From: Chrysomallon squamiferum
Taxonomy: Eukaryota; Animalia; Mollusca
Direction of reading: 5' to 3'
NCBI GenBank assembly: GCA_012295275.1
Contig: CM022665.1
Coordinates: 32,116,001-32,180,000, forward strand
Length of the DNA: 64,000 nucleotides
Position numbers and translations under genes: made by a program. Shown in pieces: positions 13,580 to 28,524 of this stretch. The notes under the pieces are model-generated. The model was given only the letters and a program-made list of their open reading frames with translations, was not told the DNA's origin and made no database searches. The stretch's first letter is position 1. Every line of letters starts with the position of its first letter.

Positions 13580-14762
13580 TACTCAAACAAAAAAAGAAAG
13601 TATACATATTGAAATCTTGAATACCTTTTTAGTTAGCCATTTTAATATAATAAAAAAACAACAACACTGTGCATATATGCCATACTGTGTAATGCATAGA
13701 ATGTGCATATCATTTCAAAATTGCCATATCTTACACAGCCAAGTGCCATGATAACCAAAAACATGATTTGCATGCTGCTGGCCAGTGGTTTGGCATACAA
13801 ACACCTGATATTTCACTAGAGTACCCTCATGAGTGCAAACCTTTGAAAAACCAATATGTAAAGCCTATAGAGTATTGTTTGACAATACCACATGAATTAT
13901 AAAATGACAGTCAGAGAGCAGCTGGGATGCTTGAGGCTGGGTGCAGTGCTAGTGATGTTGCTAGAAATTTCAGTATAACCAGAGTTGCACCAATGACTGC
14001 CCTCAGTGCAGCCATCCATGCAATTTGTTGGCTGCAGTTGGAAAGCAATTGCTGTGCTTGTTTGGTATATCACTACTCTCTAGAACCAATTTTACAGCCA
14101 TTATTCTTACAGTCTTTAAGCCTACAAAATCCAGGTATGCCAACCTAAGAGACCTATTCTTATTCTGAGTCATCATCAACTCCATTAGCAGGCTCTTGAG
14201 CAGGAGAGGAGAAATATCCCTGCAAAGTTTGTGAACAGAACCATCCATTTCATGTCAAGCCTACATCAGTGCCAGGGGAAAACTTAAAGCATACGATCTA
14301 TAGGAGCAGTCATGATGTTGGAGACGTTTATTCAATGCCTTCTTTAATTATTGGCATTTTTGTTTTATATGGTGATGACCAGGGTTGGATTTAATGTGCT
14401 TGCCACCCATAGGCTAAAGAAATTTTACCACCCCCTAGCTGAAAGCAAAAACATGGTGTTACATTTACATAATGATTTATTTATAAATCAAATGTGAAAA
14501 TACAAATTTATGTAACATAAACTGCCGCCCCTATCATCCTGCCACCCTAGGCACTAGCCTGGAAAGCCTGTATGGGAAATCTGGCCCTGGTGGTCACTAT
14601 AATGGGCCATTGGCAGTAGTCATATGAAACTTGTATTATTACTGTACACTCCCTGATGTTAAATGATGTGCTTATCTAATTCCATAATTTCTACCAGTAT
14701 GTCAACTGGTTTGTGAAATAAATAACTACTGATAACATCCATACTTTCTTTTTTGGTTGTAT
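13580..14762 (+). mobile_element. Internally deleted, degenerate Tc1/mariner-family DNA transposon
   Basis: Inverted termini tactcaaacaaaaaaagaaagtat ... atactttcttttttggttgta in TA context. N-terminal HTH remnant RERAAGMLEAGCSASDVARNF (about 13912-13970) and C-terminal remnant QALEQEERNIPAKFVNRTIHFM (about 14190-14255). DDE core missing. Confidence 0.75.
14380..14589. mobile_element. hAT-type MITE nested in the Tc1 remnant
   Basis: Termini CAGGGTTGGATTT ... AAATCTGGCCCTG; flanking 8-mers GTGATGAC / GTGGTCAC (6/8 identical) fit a decayed 8-bp target-site duplication. Confidence 0.7.
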
Positions 14763-15808
14763 ATATTAAAATTGCCTCTAATGATTATCAGTATTTAAAG
14801 ACAGTATCAAGATGGTACAGAATGATAAAAACCTATATATTTTAATAAACATAAGTTACATTACAGCAGGTACTGTTGAACTTTGTTAATCACGAAATAC
14901 ATAAATATTAATACCCATTAAGTATAGTAATGTTTCTTTTAAATTTGAAAATCTCTAATCTTGTTATTCCTGAAAATACATTGATATACAATTAAATTTT
15001 AATAATCAGTGATAACAGAAATTTAATGTTAAACTATGATAACCATGAAATGCATGTAAAGCATTTAATAACAGCAAACAAAAAATCATTAAAACATAAT
15101 GGAATGAAACAAAATGTTGTCATTAAATCTTCATAACCTTGAAAGACAGCATTCTGAAACTGCAGCTCAACAACAAAGGAATCTGCAATCATTCAGCTGA
15201 CACTAGTTTGGGTATTCTGTCCATATTCAGAGGAATTACCAGTGGTTTGTCGAATTTTTATTAACCTGTTTCCACCAAGTGTCAGCCAGATAGTAGCAGA
15301 GATATCATCAGAGATGAAATCACTGACAGTATGGTGAAGTAACATAATTACCAGTTATTCCATTACCATTGATTTTGTTTCTCTATGTATATCATAGAAA
15401 TTATTCATACAGTGTTTCTGAGTCGAAGGAGAAAGTTATACATCAGCACAGATGTCTGTGCGAGATACAGTTAAATATGCTTCTTGTTTTAATTAGTAAT
15501 TTGTAAATGTCAGAGTTAGGTGACCTGTGAAATATCACTGAGAAACAATGTCTTGATTGTATGTATATATTTGTGTATGTTTGTATGTACAATGATAGAA
15601 ACACAAACTGAGACACACACACACACTATACCATATCAACCCATACTGTACTGTACTATACAACATTGTGGGCTGGACACACCTCAAAATTTTTAGAAAT
15701 AATTAAATTCTATGTGTCTACTCTTTGTAAACACAAAATAAACAAAATACACACACAATGATTCATAGATATATCATACCAGCAGGTACGTTTAAATAGC
15801 AAGAGCAT

Positions 15809-15844
<36 letters not shown>

Positions 15845-18269
15845 ATGGGACCATAAAACCAGTTTATCTATTAGTATCTTATATCATATATCATACTGCA
15901 TCACTGTGCTATCAAGTCAGTCTACCACTTAGCCAGTGCATTCAGTAGAAAACTGTATCATGTATACCATACTGCTTGAGTACACTACTATCTCAGTATA
16001 GCCTATGTACAAATGACACACAGCCAAAGTATTCATTAGTACATTTTATCATTTGTAGTCTGCAGCTTGGATAGACAGTACTTGCATATCATATAACCTG
16101 GGTATTCATAAATACTTGCTATCATTCATAGCATATAGACTGGATACGTGATAGTGCCACTGTATCACATAGCCTGTATAATAAGTATACTATATTACAT
16201 TTATATCATGCAACTCAGTATTATACTATATGGCTATTGTGCAACAAGTCTTAGTACTTGTTGGTATCATATAACATGAATCACACTTAGCCTGGAAACA
16301 CAAATTACCATGCAGCCTGTTTTACTACATCTAAATTTTGCTGTAAATCAACGAATCAAATAAAATTGATGGCAAAATGTAGCCATCTTTGCAGATGATA
16401 ATGCTCTGCCTAATGCTTGTTAAAATATGATGGAGAAGACAGAGGTAATTGAGGTTCATGGCAGTAAAATCAGATCTGTTCCAATCAATTGCACATTAAC
16501 ATCGTTTTACATTTACAAGCCTGTAACCACGGCAAATAGATATTAGTTTTAACTAGAGGGAGGAAACCAAATCTCTGGTTGCCGTGGTATCAAAAATAGT
16601 TAAATGTGATTTTAAGACTATTTTTTAAATAGTTCTAAGAATGAAAGTCACCTTTAAAAATATACTGTGGGTTTTTTTTTTGGTTTTTTTTTTTAATCAG
16701 ATGTTTATGGTGAAAGCCTTTAATTTGCTAGAACTGTAATAGAAAATGATGTGTGTAAGTGTGTGTATGTGTTCCCATCTACCCTCCCCAAACAAACAAA
16801 ATTAAGGCTTCATTGAGATATTTCATGTTTCAGTCACTGTCATCCCTTTGAAAAAAAAGGACAAAACCTCCCTTAAAAACAGATGATTATTAAAGCAAAA
16901 ATATGTGATGATTATTATTATATATTTTTTTTTATCTCAGATTAATTTTGTAAAGGATTTACTGCTGCTAACTGAAAAATGTAGTAGTTTCCTTTGAAAA
17001 TTATTAACCAGAGGTTATTTTAATATTATTTTTCTTTCTTTTTAAATTATTTTTATCCAGTATCCAGTGGGAAAAGAAATAATCACTGTGCTTTAGTAGT
17101 GTCATGATATAGAAAAAAAAAAGAATTTCATAGTTATATTATATAATTTATAATTACATAATATATTTCATTGCTGGTTGGCAATATCAAAATGTTTCTT
17201 TATAAAAATCATCTATGTTTAGACTTAAAGGTAAATCAAAGCTTTATATCTCAGTAGTTTTAAATTCAGTTTTACTTTACTTAATATGCACAAAAGGAAA
17301 GAAAAAAGAAAAGAATAAAAAAACTTTAAAAAAAGAACAAAAGGAAAATGCCAAAGTAGAATAAAATATTACTAAAGTAAAATAAAGAAAACAAAATTTA
17401 AATTGGAGAAAAAAATTTAAAAACAAAAAGAAAAGGAAAATGGCAGTAAAAGAAAGAAAAAAGGAAGGGAAAAAAGAAGATGAAAAGTGAAGATAAATGT
17501 CTATGTAATATACAGTATTCTGTTTTAAGTTTTCCTCAATGTATTTATTTTAAAATACTCTAAAGACTGTACAGTAAAAACAAAATCAATATACTTGATA
17601 TATCAAATATATCAAAAGCAATATACTTGATTTACCACTGTTGTATATTTTAATCAGCAGTAAAAGATTTAAATAAATAAATAAATAAATAAAAATCACT
17701 GATTTCTTGTTATAATTTATGATAATAAAATGTAAATTACTGAACCCCACCTGCTGAGAAAATCTTACTTATATACTCATTTGACATTGCAGTTATATGA
17801 TTTTCACCATATTTTCCCAAGCCATTTTGTAGGACAATTAGTTGAATTATGGTGAAAACATTTAGATTTATTTATGTACAATAAGTTACTACATATTTAC
17901 GTTTTTGAATGTCATCATTTGTTGCAGTCTGTTATTTATTTGTTTTTGTATATTTGTTGATATGTTTATTTAACACTGTAAATAAAACAGCATATGTCAG
18001 ACATCTGCTGATCTCCATAGAACAAACTCTAATCCCAAAAAGAACACTGTGTTTAAAAATGTGATTTAAAGATTCTGCAAGTAAGTCAATACATCAGAAA
18101 CATTTAACATCACTGTAACCCAGAGTTACTTAAGCTGTTTATTTTCATGTTCCTGAACATTCTCATGTATCATTCTGACAAATTAGAAGAGTCAAGTACA
18201 TCACTTTGACAAATCACTTTCTGGGGTGATCCAGTGATCTGATTCAGAAGAACCTTTTAAGCAATAGTA

Positions 18270-18740
18270 GACCTCATATCAGATTTCCAAGATAACAGAT
18301 ATCCATGATGAAGGGCTGAACCAATGTTAATTAAAGAAAAAGAGGTTTCTTTAGAACATACCTGTAATCTAACAGGTATCCAAGATGGTGGGAAAAACAA
18401 AAGTGTAACTAAAAATGAAAGAAAATGAGTTTTTTTAGATCATAATTATTTCCAAACTAACATTCATTTATGATGGTGGGGTGGAAGACTCAAATCAACT
18501 CACAAATAAAAAGAATGAGTGAGGTTTCTTTAAATTACATTTCTAAGCTAACTGGTAGCCATTATGGGTGCAAGGACAAAATAAAAAATAAAAAGATTAA
18601 AGCAGATTTCTTTAGATATTTCTGATCTAACATCCATTATGGAGGGTAGGATCCAAGACAACTCAAAAGCAAAAAGAGTAAGTGAGGTTTCTTTAAATCA
18701 CATTCCCGAGCTAATTCGTAGCCACTATGTGTGAAATAAA
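18270..18740. repeat. Decayed tandem repeat, 80-95 bp unit
   Basis: GAGGTTTCTTTARA..CAT...CTAAC...CCA..ATGGTGG blocks at about 18342, 18428, 18521, 18603 and 18684. Confidence 0.6.
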
Positions 18741-19625
18741 AAAAGGTATCAGTTTATATTTTGCATCTCAGATGTGTACACACTTAAACCAAATTACAGT
18801 TTGTCTGAGTGGTCAAAATAAATCAGTTTAAGAGCTGACCAGATAAATGAGTAAATTTACCACCACTTGATCAAATGAATTTACTCACTGAATAATTAAG
18901 TAACAGACTGGTAGACTGACCAACAAAAATACAGTTTCATTTACAACTAATTAATTAATTTACGCATTGACAGACTAAAATACAGGTAGTTACAATGCAG
19001 CTGAATAACTGACACATATACACCTTGACTCACAGACTTACAGCTTCAGCCTGATTGACTGCCTGCTACAGAATTAACATGTACAGTTACTGACTCACTG
19101 AAGAACAGATTTACTTCAGTCACTAGTGTAATCAGATAAAATATCAGTAGACTCCTTCAATCACTAGTGTTGATTACCTGACATATCAATATCACTGGTA
19201 TATTATCTCACATATCAGTTGTGTTATTTAACTAAAATATTACCAGCATAAATTACAAGTCACTAGTGTAGATTTCAAGTCAGTAGTGTAGATTAGCTGA
19301 TATATAACTGCACATTAGCTTTGTATCACTGTCTAGAACAGGGGTCCACAAACATTTTGATCTTATGGGCCACAGCACTCTAACTTCACTGGCACTACTG
19401 CCACACAAACTTCATTGTGATTATGTAAAATCTAAATGTGTAAGATATATGATTATGCATAATGTTCTAACAGTCAACCTCTGTAACTTAAAATGCTGAT
19501 CTAGATTCTCCAACATACTGCTATGTAGATCAGCTGACATTGACATACAGGTTGTGCAGATTATATCATATAATTATTATTAGTGTAGATTGACTAGTAC
19601 GTAATACAACAGGCTAATATATCAT

Positions 19626-19626
<1 letters not shown>

Positions 19627-19715
<89 letters not shown>
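19627..19715. repeat. (AG)n microsatellite
   Basis: Perfect dinucleotide run. Confidence 0.98.
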
Positions 19716-19719
<4 letters not shown>

Positions 19720-21559
19720 CAAAGATATTTTAATACTCTTCTATTTTTGTACCACTTAAACCTCCGTGAACTAATGTAACTATACTTTCATATTAATTTT
19801 TCTCAACAAAATTTTATCAAACATAAAGTCACATTTTCTTTTCTTAACATTCTATTTTCTTTGAGCCAAGGACACAGGAATAAACAAACAGATAAACAGT
19901 GGTCACTGCAAATAACATACATATCTGACACAAGATGCACAAATAAAAAAATTGCAATAACAGAGAACATCACAGCAGGCTTTTCTGCTTTTGTTTTTGT
20001 ACTAAGAGAAACCCAGTGTTTTCCTCTGCAATCATTTCTTGTTTGGAACAGAACTAACCTGACTGAAAGTTCAACATCAAGGCATTCTGCAGGTTGTTTA
20101 TTTACTCTCTGAATAGAAACATACTACTACAAGGGTTCTGTGTCAAGGAGGCATGAAATGGTTTTGTGTACAATATGCTTATCAAAATATAAACTATCTG
20201 CATGGGATATACTTATCAAAATATACCTATCACAATTATGTGCTAGGCATGAAATGTTAATGTGTATATTATTTCATCAGTTCAGGTACAAAGTAATAAA
20301 TGTATCAAAGGAGGGTTGCCTGTATCTAAAAAACAGAGTATTTCAAAGAAGACATTCTTTCATCTAGGAGATAGTGATGGAACTACATCAAGAACATATT
20401 TTTAATACTTGTCCATGAATAAAATAGCTATTTAAATAATGTTGAAAAAAGCATTCTGTACCATATGAAAGAAAAAAAAACACACTATTTTTTTTGAATT
20501 TAACAACATGAATCAAGACCTGTTTTTTTTAAATTTCATGATATATATACATACATATATTTTTATACAGTTCCTAGCAGTTTTTTATTCTTATTTAATA
20601 CAAAAATTAATTAAAACATAAGTCATTGCAGATCTAATAGATAAACAATGTTTAGTTAATATTCAATTTTAATATTGTAGATTCAGGCACATAATGAGAA
20701 GACACATTTAGACAGACTGGAGGGGAAGAGAGAGAGAGAGACTTCATCCATACAGTGAGAGAGAGTGTAAGAGATATATAATAGAACAAAGAAAATAATA
20801 TAAAGAGTTTTTATCCATCAAAATACCAACAAAGGCTACTTATTATTATCATCAATGAAATAATATTGACAGGTAATGATTGTCACATCTGTAAGTTTCT
20901 ATATCAAAAAGTAAATGAAGGTTCACCTTACCAGGATTTATCTAATCATGCTTTCAGATAGGGCATCAAAACTGAACACATATGACAGAAACAGAAATGA
21001 TAGATAATAACTATATTTCAGAGAAAACAGAGAAAAACAAACAGAATTGACTGAGAAACAAAATGGATCAAAGGTAAAATGAAAGAACATATAAGAAGAT
21101 GCAAATTAATTTCCAATGTAGACAGATCTCAAAGAAATAGTTTTTAAAAGATGATAGATAAAAAAATAAAAAAGAAGAGAAAACCAGTTTTAGCAATCTT
21201 ATTATCTACATAAACTATAAATTCAAATTCAATAAAAATGTACTGGAATAAGGTAAACTTTCATGGTGGCAGGATTTTAAAACAAAGTAGGTTTAGCTAA
21301 ACTCTGGAAAAAAGAAAGTAAAAATATTTGATGTATTGAACAATAACAACAATATAGTTCAGGAAAAAATGTAACAACATTGAAACTAGAAATAATGCAG
21401 TAAATCATCAATATTTTAAAAAAAATGTTTAAACAAAGCTCTAATGAACTAAAACTAGTTCACTGTAATTTGTTTTTTCCAGTGTGATTCCCTGCTGATA
21501 ATGAAGGACATTAAAACAGAAGTAAAACACACAAAATTTTACCAGTGAGGTTTGAAAAG

Positions 21560-21750
21560 TAATATTTATTTATTTAAAGATGCCTCACAACATTATCACA
21601 TCAGCTAGCAGAAATGAAACATATGTTTACAATTGCTATAATCTTTTATTAGAGAAAACTCAATACCATTACTCTACTGCTAACATAAAATTATTAGCAA
21701 CAAGAGATCTTTGCTCTGTAGCATATCTATACTTTTTATATACCCTGTCT
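21560..21750 (+). mobile_element. Highly decayed short interspersed repeat; related fragments near 47920-47960 and 62350-62480
   Basis: The core ATTAGCAACAARGRATCTTT-like motif recurs at about 21693, 47930 and 62448. Confidence 0.35.
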
Positions 21751-22261
21751 CAGAAATGACTTTATGAACATAAACCAACAAAACTGCTTCTAGGCAAGAC
21801 ACCAATAACTCATCTCCCCATTTTCACATGTGAAATTATCTACTGTAATAATGAAACACCTTCAAATGAACCTGTCAAGAGAAATTTTATTATCCTTGCA
21901 ATTATCAAACCTCTTATATGACCCATATTGATCAGTGGCTAGGCAGAACCCTTAGGGAATTAAAGGGATTCATGGGTTCTGCAATGTGCATTAGTGGGTC
22001 AGTTAGAAATATAATTTGATGATGACCTGCTTGTTTTGAGTACTGCAAGCTTTTAAGTTAACACAGTAAAAATGTAGTTAAGTGTATCAAAATACAGATT
22101 TTTGTATTATTTATTTCCGCTTATTTATTTGTTATTGTTACTGGGTTTTTTAACATGTTTTACACATTAAGTTTTTTTATTCTTGACTTTCTTTAGGAGG
22201 TTTTGCAGATGGAAGGTTTTGTTTTGTTTACTTTTTTACTTATTTATTTATTTATTTTTAA

Positions 22262-22266
<5 letters not shown>

Positions 22267-22320
<54 letters not shown>
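22267..22320. repeat. (TAT)n microsatellite
   Basis: Perfect trinucleotide run. Confidence 0.95.
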
Positions 22321-22321
<1 letters not shown>

Positions 22322-25300
22322 TTGGACCCAGTGATTACTCACAAGAGAAAAATTACGAAAAAAATTAAATTAAAATTTGTGGGGGTTGGGGGCTGTTGAA
22401 CCTAGTACTGTATTCAAAAAATTATGTTAAATATTTTGCAATGATATGTATAATAATAATTGTTAATTTTATTAATTGAAACCCCCTCCCCAAAAAACCC
22501 ACAAAAAAACCCAAACAACAAATAAATAAATTAATAAAATTAATAATAATTAATAAATAAGTCAACTTTAAAAAAATAAATGCGAAAACTTAAGTAAAAC
22601 ATTATAAAAAATAAACAACAATAATAATAATAATAACAAAACAAAAATGAAAAAACAAAAACAAAAAAAAAAAACAATCAGAAGATTTGTACATATGCTT
22701 TATTGGATACATTTCTTCCAAACATATACACTAACATTTTTAATTTAATATAAAAAAGAATGCTTGTATTATAATGAATTGCAAACCTGTATTCTGCACA
22801 GTAACACATGAAACAATTCTATGAACATTAATCATTATGCGGTGGGTATGTATTTCAGATAATTATACATCTGTTGTGTAATACAGATGTGATTAGGATA
22901 CATAATATCAGAAATGTGTTATTATTTTCACCACATCTGCATATTACATGGGTAATTCTAGCATTGTATAATACATACATCAATAATCTTTAGGTGTTTT
23001 TCAACCTGTTCTGTATGAGACACAACATATAATGGTCATTATATGCAGATCTAGAGAAAGATGCACCAGGCAAATGATACCCACGTTTTTGCCTACATAA
23101 CTGTGACTTTCATTTCTAGCCTAGATATTTTCTTTTTTTATATCCTCAAATGGCATCCTATGATTGCAATATGTCAGTCATAAAACCTGCTATATTTTAT
23201 TTGTGTGTTTTATTATTGTTAACTAAATGATCCAATTAACAGATAATTAAATTATCATCATTAACTGAAAAATCTCTTCACTTCTGATGATAATTCATGT
23301 CAGTAAGCTTAATCCAAACTTTATACCATAACTGCTAATCAAAAATAAACCACAGATTTTCCATTTCTTATCTGAAGATAAAAATCAAGAAGTTCTTGTT
23401 CATTTTAATCCATTACCCAATGACTCAATTTCCAGTGGAAAAAAAAGAGAAAAAAAATAGGTGCAAAATAAAGATAACCCCTACAATGCTTATTTTAACA
23501 GGCCCTTTCATGATTCAGTATGGTGACTGATAAGGGTCATTCTGGACCTTATGATAAACCTATGGTAGTCAACACATGAGACCCATTACATAACTGTTAC
23601 ACTGCAATGACATGTAATATAATGTAATATTACAAAGCATCAAGGGGAGGCCTGTACCATGGGTATCTGTAAACTCTGACCCCCAGGCATGGTCTTGTCA
23701 TCTGTAAGTAGATTTTCATTTGTTGTCAAGATTTACCCCCTGCATTGCTTTAATTTTCTTCCTTGTCTTTTTATTTTTTTTTATTTTTTTTATTATGTAG
23801 GTAAATTAGTGATGCTATAAAAATGCCAATAAATTGTACTGGAATTGTTTAATGATTTTTAAATAAAAAATAAATTGTTTTATTTCCTATTTTTCTAAAA
23901 ATTAATTCAGTTTATAAAGTAAAAAATAATAAAAATAATTGCTGTTTCTTTTATTTATTTATTTACTATTATTGTTTACTGTTTTGCTAAGAAAGAAGAC
24001 ACATGAAAATAAATTACTAAAAGTTTAGTGCTTTAAAAAAAAAAAAAAAGAACAATCAACAAAATAAAAAACTAAAGAAAAATTAAAACTTGCAAATATT
24101 ACTACTTTATTAGTTTCCTGTGAAATAAAAGAGGTTAGTAAGCATATTTACTGAAATCTTGCAAAATGTCAACCAGAAATTGACAGTGGATTTAATCAGG
24201 CATAACACTACTGATGGGAGATTATCATATATTATGACACGGCTCATTAATTCCAGCTTTGAGAGTTATCACCACCCACCAGTGCTGGTTTACCCTGTTA
24301 CACTTCAAAGACCGATGTCAGCTGGTACACAGTTGTTATTTATTCAATACAAGACTGCTAACATAGGAAATAATGTGAAAATTTGTCTCATTACTGAAAC
24401 TTTAAAATTTCAGACACAATGTACACATATAAAGAATGGTTAAACTGCACAACAGAAGATTTTATTTATAACTTAGAAAATAATTTTATATTCATGTGTT
24501 ATAAAAATACATATATATATTTTTTTTCTTTATAACACATGGTTAATTTTAAATTTAAAAAAATATAATACGAATGAAAAAAATTGTACCATTAATCAGT
24601 TATAAATAAAAGTCATTCAAACTAAAATTAATACATTTAAAAATCATCAAACAAATTTTTCAAACTATTGCAATTTCTTTTTTACTGGAACCAAATTTTG
24701 AATTTCATCTTATATATCAACTGTTTAAATTCAAATTAACTGTATTAACTGAATTTAATAATGGTAATACACTTAAATTATATATTAAAAAAGGGTTTTC
24801 AAAATATAACAGTTCATCAAGTTCTTATAAAATATTTTCCAACTATAAAACTTTAACAGGAAGTTTTAAAAAACTAATTTTATATAATGTCTCTTTTTCA
24901 ATCTAAAAAGTAAGTGCATTAACAGAATTATGTAACAGTAACATAATTCAATTATAAATTAATAAAGGTTTTTCAAAATGAAACACTTTAAATAATTCTA
25001 AGAACAAACTTGCAATTATCTGTTACATTAAATTAAAAATACAGTAGTACAAAAAAGTAATGCAGTAATTTTTTTCAAACATTATTTGAAAATTTTCACA
25101 TTTCAAACATTATCTTTAAGGTCACTTTGAAACAAGAAAAATAATAATAGAGTAGTAGTATATAACTTACTATTATTATTATCTTCCACATTTTAATTCA
25201 AGTTTTGGCCATGATTAATTTCTACAGTGATTCTATTAGATGGACAATAATACTGTTTTATTAGCAAATAAATTATAATTTGTATCTCACATTTTCCTCA

Positions 25301-28300
25301 ACAAAACTATGTGTAAATTATCACTGCAGTCTGTGACTTGTAATTTCATTTGTTGTAAAATATCTTCACTCATCCATGGCAAGATGAAATCAGATATGAT
25401 TCATAAGATCCAAGCAGTTATTTTTATTTTTTCAAATCATTAATATTTTTACATTAACAGAAAACCATTAATATTTTTTTGTTTGTAACTATAACAAGTC
25501 ATGTTTGGTGAATCATTACAAAATTGTTTAAGCATAAAAAAATAAAAAAATAATAATAATAATCACACACAAAAAAAAGAGGTAGAAATAAAATTATTAA
25601 ATTTTTTACAACTATAAACATTCACATGCAGCCTTCAGTTATAGCTGAACACATCTTTAGCATGCAACTTGAACATCACATAAAAACACAAGCTTTAGAA
25701 ACATTGGCCATGTTTTAATACATCCTTCTAGAAGTCCTAAAGCTAACATTTAAAAGAAAAAATGATGAAAAGATTGATGATTGTGTGTTCTGAAGTCATG
25801 AAATCATATTTGATTCTGTACTATAATTTTTCCTTCTCAAGAGGTTTCTGATTAATCAATATTATTTCCAAAAAATTTCTCCATTAAATGATTTTCTTAC
25901 AGCATAAATAATCAAGTGTTAAATGTACACAGCCCAATTGAACTTGCATTCATCTGTAATTTTATATAATCTCATCCAAAGGTGTTTTCTCTCATTAGGC
26001 TTGTCTTATTATCTTTTATTATCAAATTATCTTCTGGAAATAATATTAATTTTCTTTTAAAGAAATACAAAGTACAGGTTTTGCAGTCAGTTACACATAT
26101 ATGTACAGAAACACATCACATATGTACACACATAGACATGTGTGTGTGATTCTGTATATGTTTCTGTGATTATGTGAGGATGTGTATGTACATATTATCA
26201 TGTATATGTGTTTGAATATGTTTCCATGTATGTATGTATGAAATCTAAATAAGCAATAACAAATTTACAAATTTAAATGATCAGCAACGACACTGTTTTC
26301 CTTTCTTGAATTTCAAATTTCTATGTTATATTCTGTCTATATACAATTATATACTCAGGCAACAAACAAAGATGTAAAAATCTAGTCTGTTACAACTGTG
26401 TTTATATAGGTTTGTGTAGATCAGAGAGAAAGAGAGAGAGTGAGAGTGGATTTGTTAAAAACAAAATTACCTTACATACATATATACATACAAAGAAGAT
26501 ATATTGATATAATTATGTATTTAACTGATTCTGATTTAAGATAAAACTATTATTTATCTAAGCAAATAACAAACAACTGAAGTAAAAACTTATATAAAAA
26601 AATAACATTAATCCATGTCAGTATTAATTTAAGGCTAGCTTTGTTTCATGTACTACGGAACCCTTACAAGTTATTGTTATTACAACATGTTACAATTAAT
26701 CAATGTGGAAAGCCCTGATCCAAACTTTTATCTCATTCTCAAGAGAACTGAATTTTCAAATAAAGATTTCCTGCATGATTTGTAACAAAATGCAGAATTC
26801 TTAAAAATTATTATCATTTTAATTATATAATTTGTGTATGTGTATGTATGTATGTGTGTGTGTGTATAAATATATATATATGCACACACACACACACACA
26901 CACACACATAAAATAAATTTAAAAAAGTTAATATTAATGTAATTTATGTATAGCTGAATAAATATAGAATTATACAGAGACAAATATAATTTCTTATGGG
27001 GATTAATACTTCTTTTTTTTAAATTTGGTTTTAAGGTAAGAAGAAACAAAGAAACGTAAACAAATTTACACAGCTTCAAAAATAATAATAATAATAAATA
27101 AAGTAAATAAATAAATGAAAATAAAAATTATATATGACAAATATACTAATTTAAAATAATAAACATAAATGAAATATAATTTTATAAACAAAATATGCAG
27201 AGTTCAATAATAATAATAATAATAATAATAATAAAGATGTGTGTATAAAAGAAAAAAAAAATTATGTACAAATTTCCACATTTCAGTTTACTTGTTATTG
27301 GATGTATTTGAAATTAATGTATTAATCATCCACAGAAATTTCTTATTTACAAGAAAAAAAAAAAGAAAAAAACCATAACAACCTTTAATAAAATATTTAT
27401 TAACAAAAATTCATTCTCTTGCAAAAAAAGTATCAAAAAGAGTAGAAAGTAAAAATAACATATATATGTATCTATTTATAGAATTAAAAATATTTTCCAA
27501 ATATAGCATAGTTCACTGTATAGTCACATAGTTTGATTCAGTTTCTGTTGCCATGTAGTTGGTATGGGTGGCTATGGGTGGATATGTGCAATTTTTGTCA
27601 CATTTCAGTTAGAGAAATATTCAAACATGCCTGTTATATGCACAACCTCTAGCCTCACTAGAGGTTTCTGTACAAGACAGATCCAGTGAAAGTATTAACT
27701 GTAACTTATACACCAGTACCATCTGTTGTCACTGTAAATTGAAACACAAACATGTCCATAGGCAATTAAACATTCACTAATATTATATTCATTGTTGAAA
27801 TAACAACAGAGTGAGTTTGGACTTTCTTGTGAAAGCTAGCCAAGTAATTATCTCATAGAAGTTTGATGTGATACTTCCTAGATGTAACAACTTCAAAAAA
27901 TAATATTTTATTTTATTTTTTTCATAGCAGTATCTTCATAAATGTACAGTTGATGAACCATTTATTAAACATTATAACTTGAATGATTTTACTGGGTCAT
28001 CAATTACATTCAAACTGGGCATGTTCAGATGTTAATCATGTATGTTAGCATTTAGAATTTGAACAATCTCAGTTATGAAAAACAAATAATTCTTTACTAT
28101 GTGATAGTAAAAAACAGAAAAATATGCATTATCAGCTTATAATTGTATGTATGTTATCAATGCACATCCAGTATGTAATATTTTAAAATCTGTATGAGTG
28201 TATATGTATTTAAAATGCAACTGAAACAAACAGCTAATTTTTAATCTTTGGTAAGGATTACTGAAAGTTTATAATTTTATTTATTTATGTATTCTTCTTT

Positions 28301-28524
28301 GTTTTGTTGCTTGTTTTGGGGGGATTATATGTTTCTGTGGGGTTTTTTTGTGTTGCTGTTTCTTTTCTTTATTTTTTTCGTTTTGGTTTGTTTTGTTGTT
28401 ATTTTTTTGTATCAGAGAAGAATGATAAACAATTGTTTTGAAACTGTTAACGATATTATATAAAATAATTATATTCTTAAATTTAATAATGCATCCAAAT
28501 TTATAACTATGCCAAAACCCTTAC

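Noticed and set aside
19339-19375. CAGGGGTCCACAAAC hAT/Charlie-like terminus; other TE-like scraps at about 5970-6120, 29780-29960, 44810-44970 and 47050-47215
   Set aside because: Only one end or sub-terminal motifs are visible, so boundaries cannot be supported.
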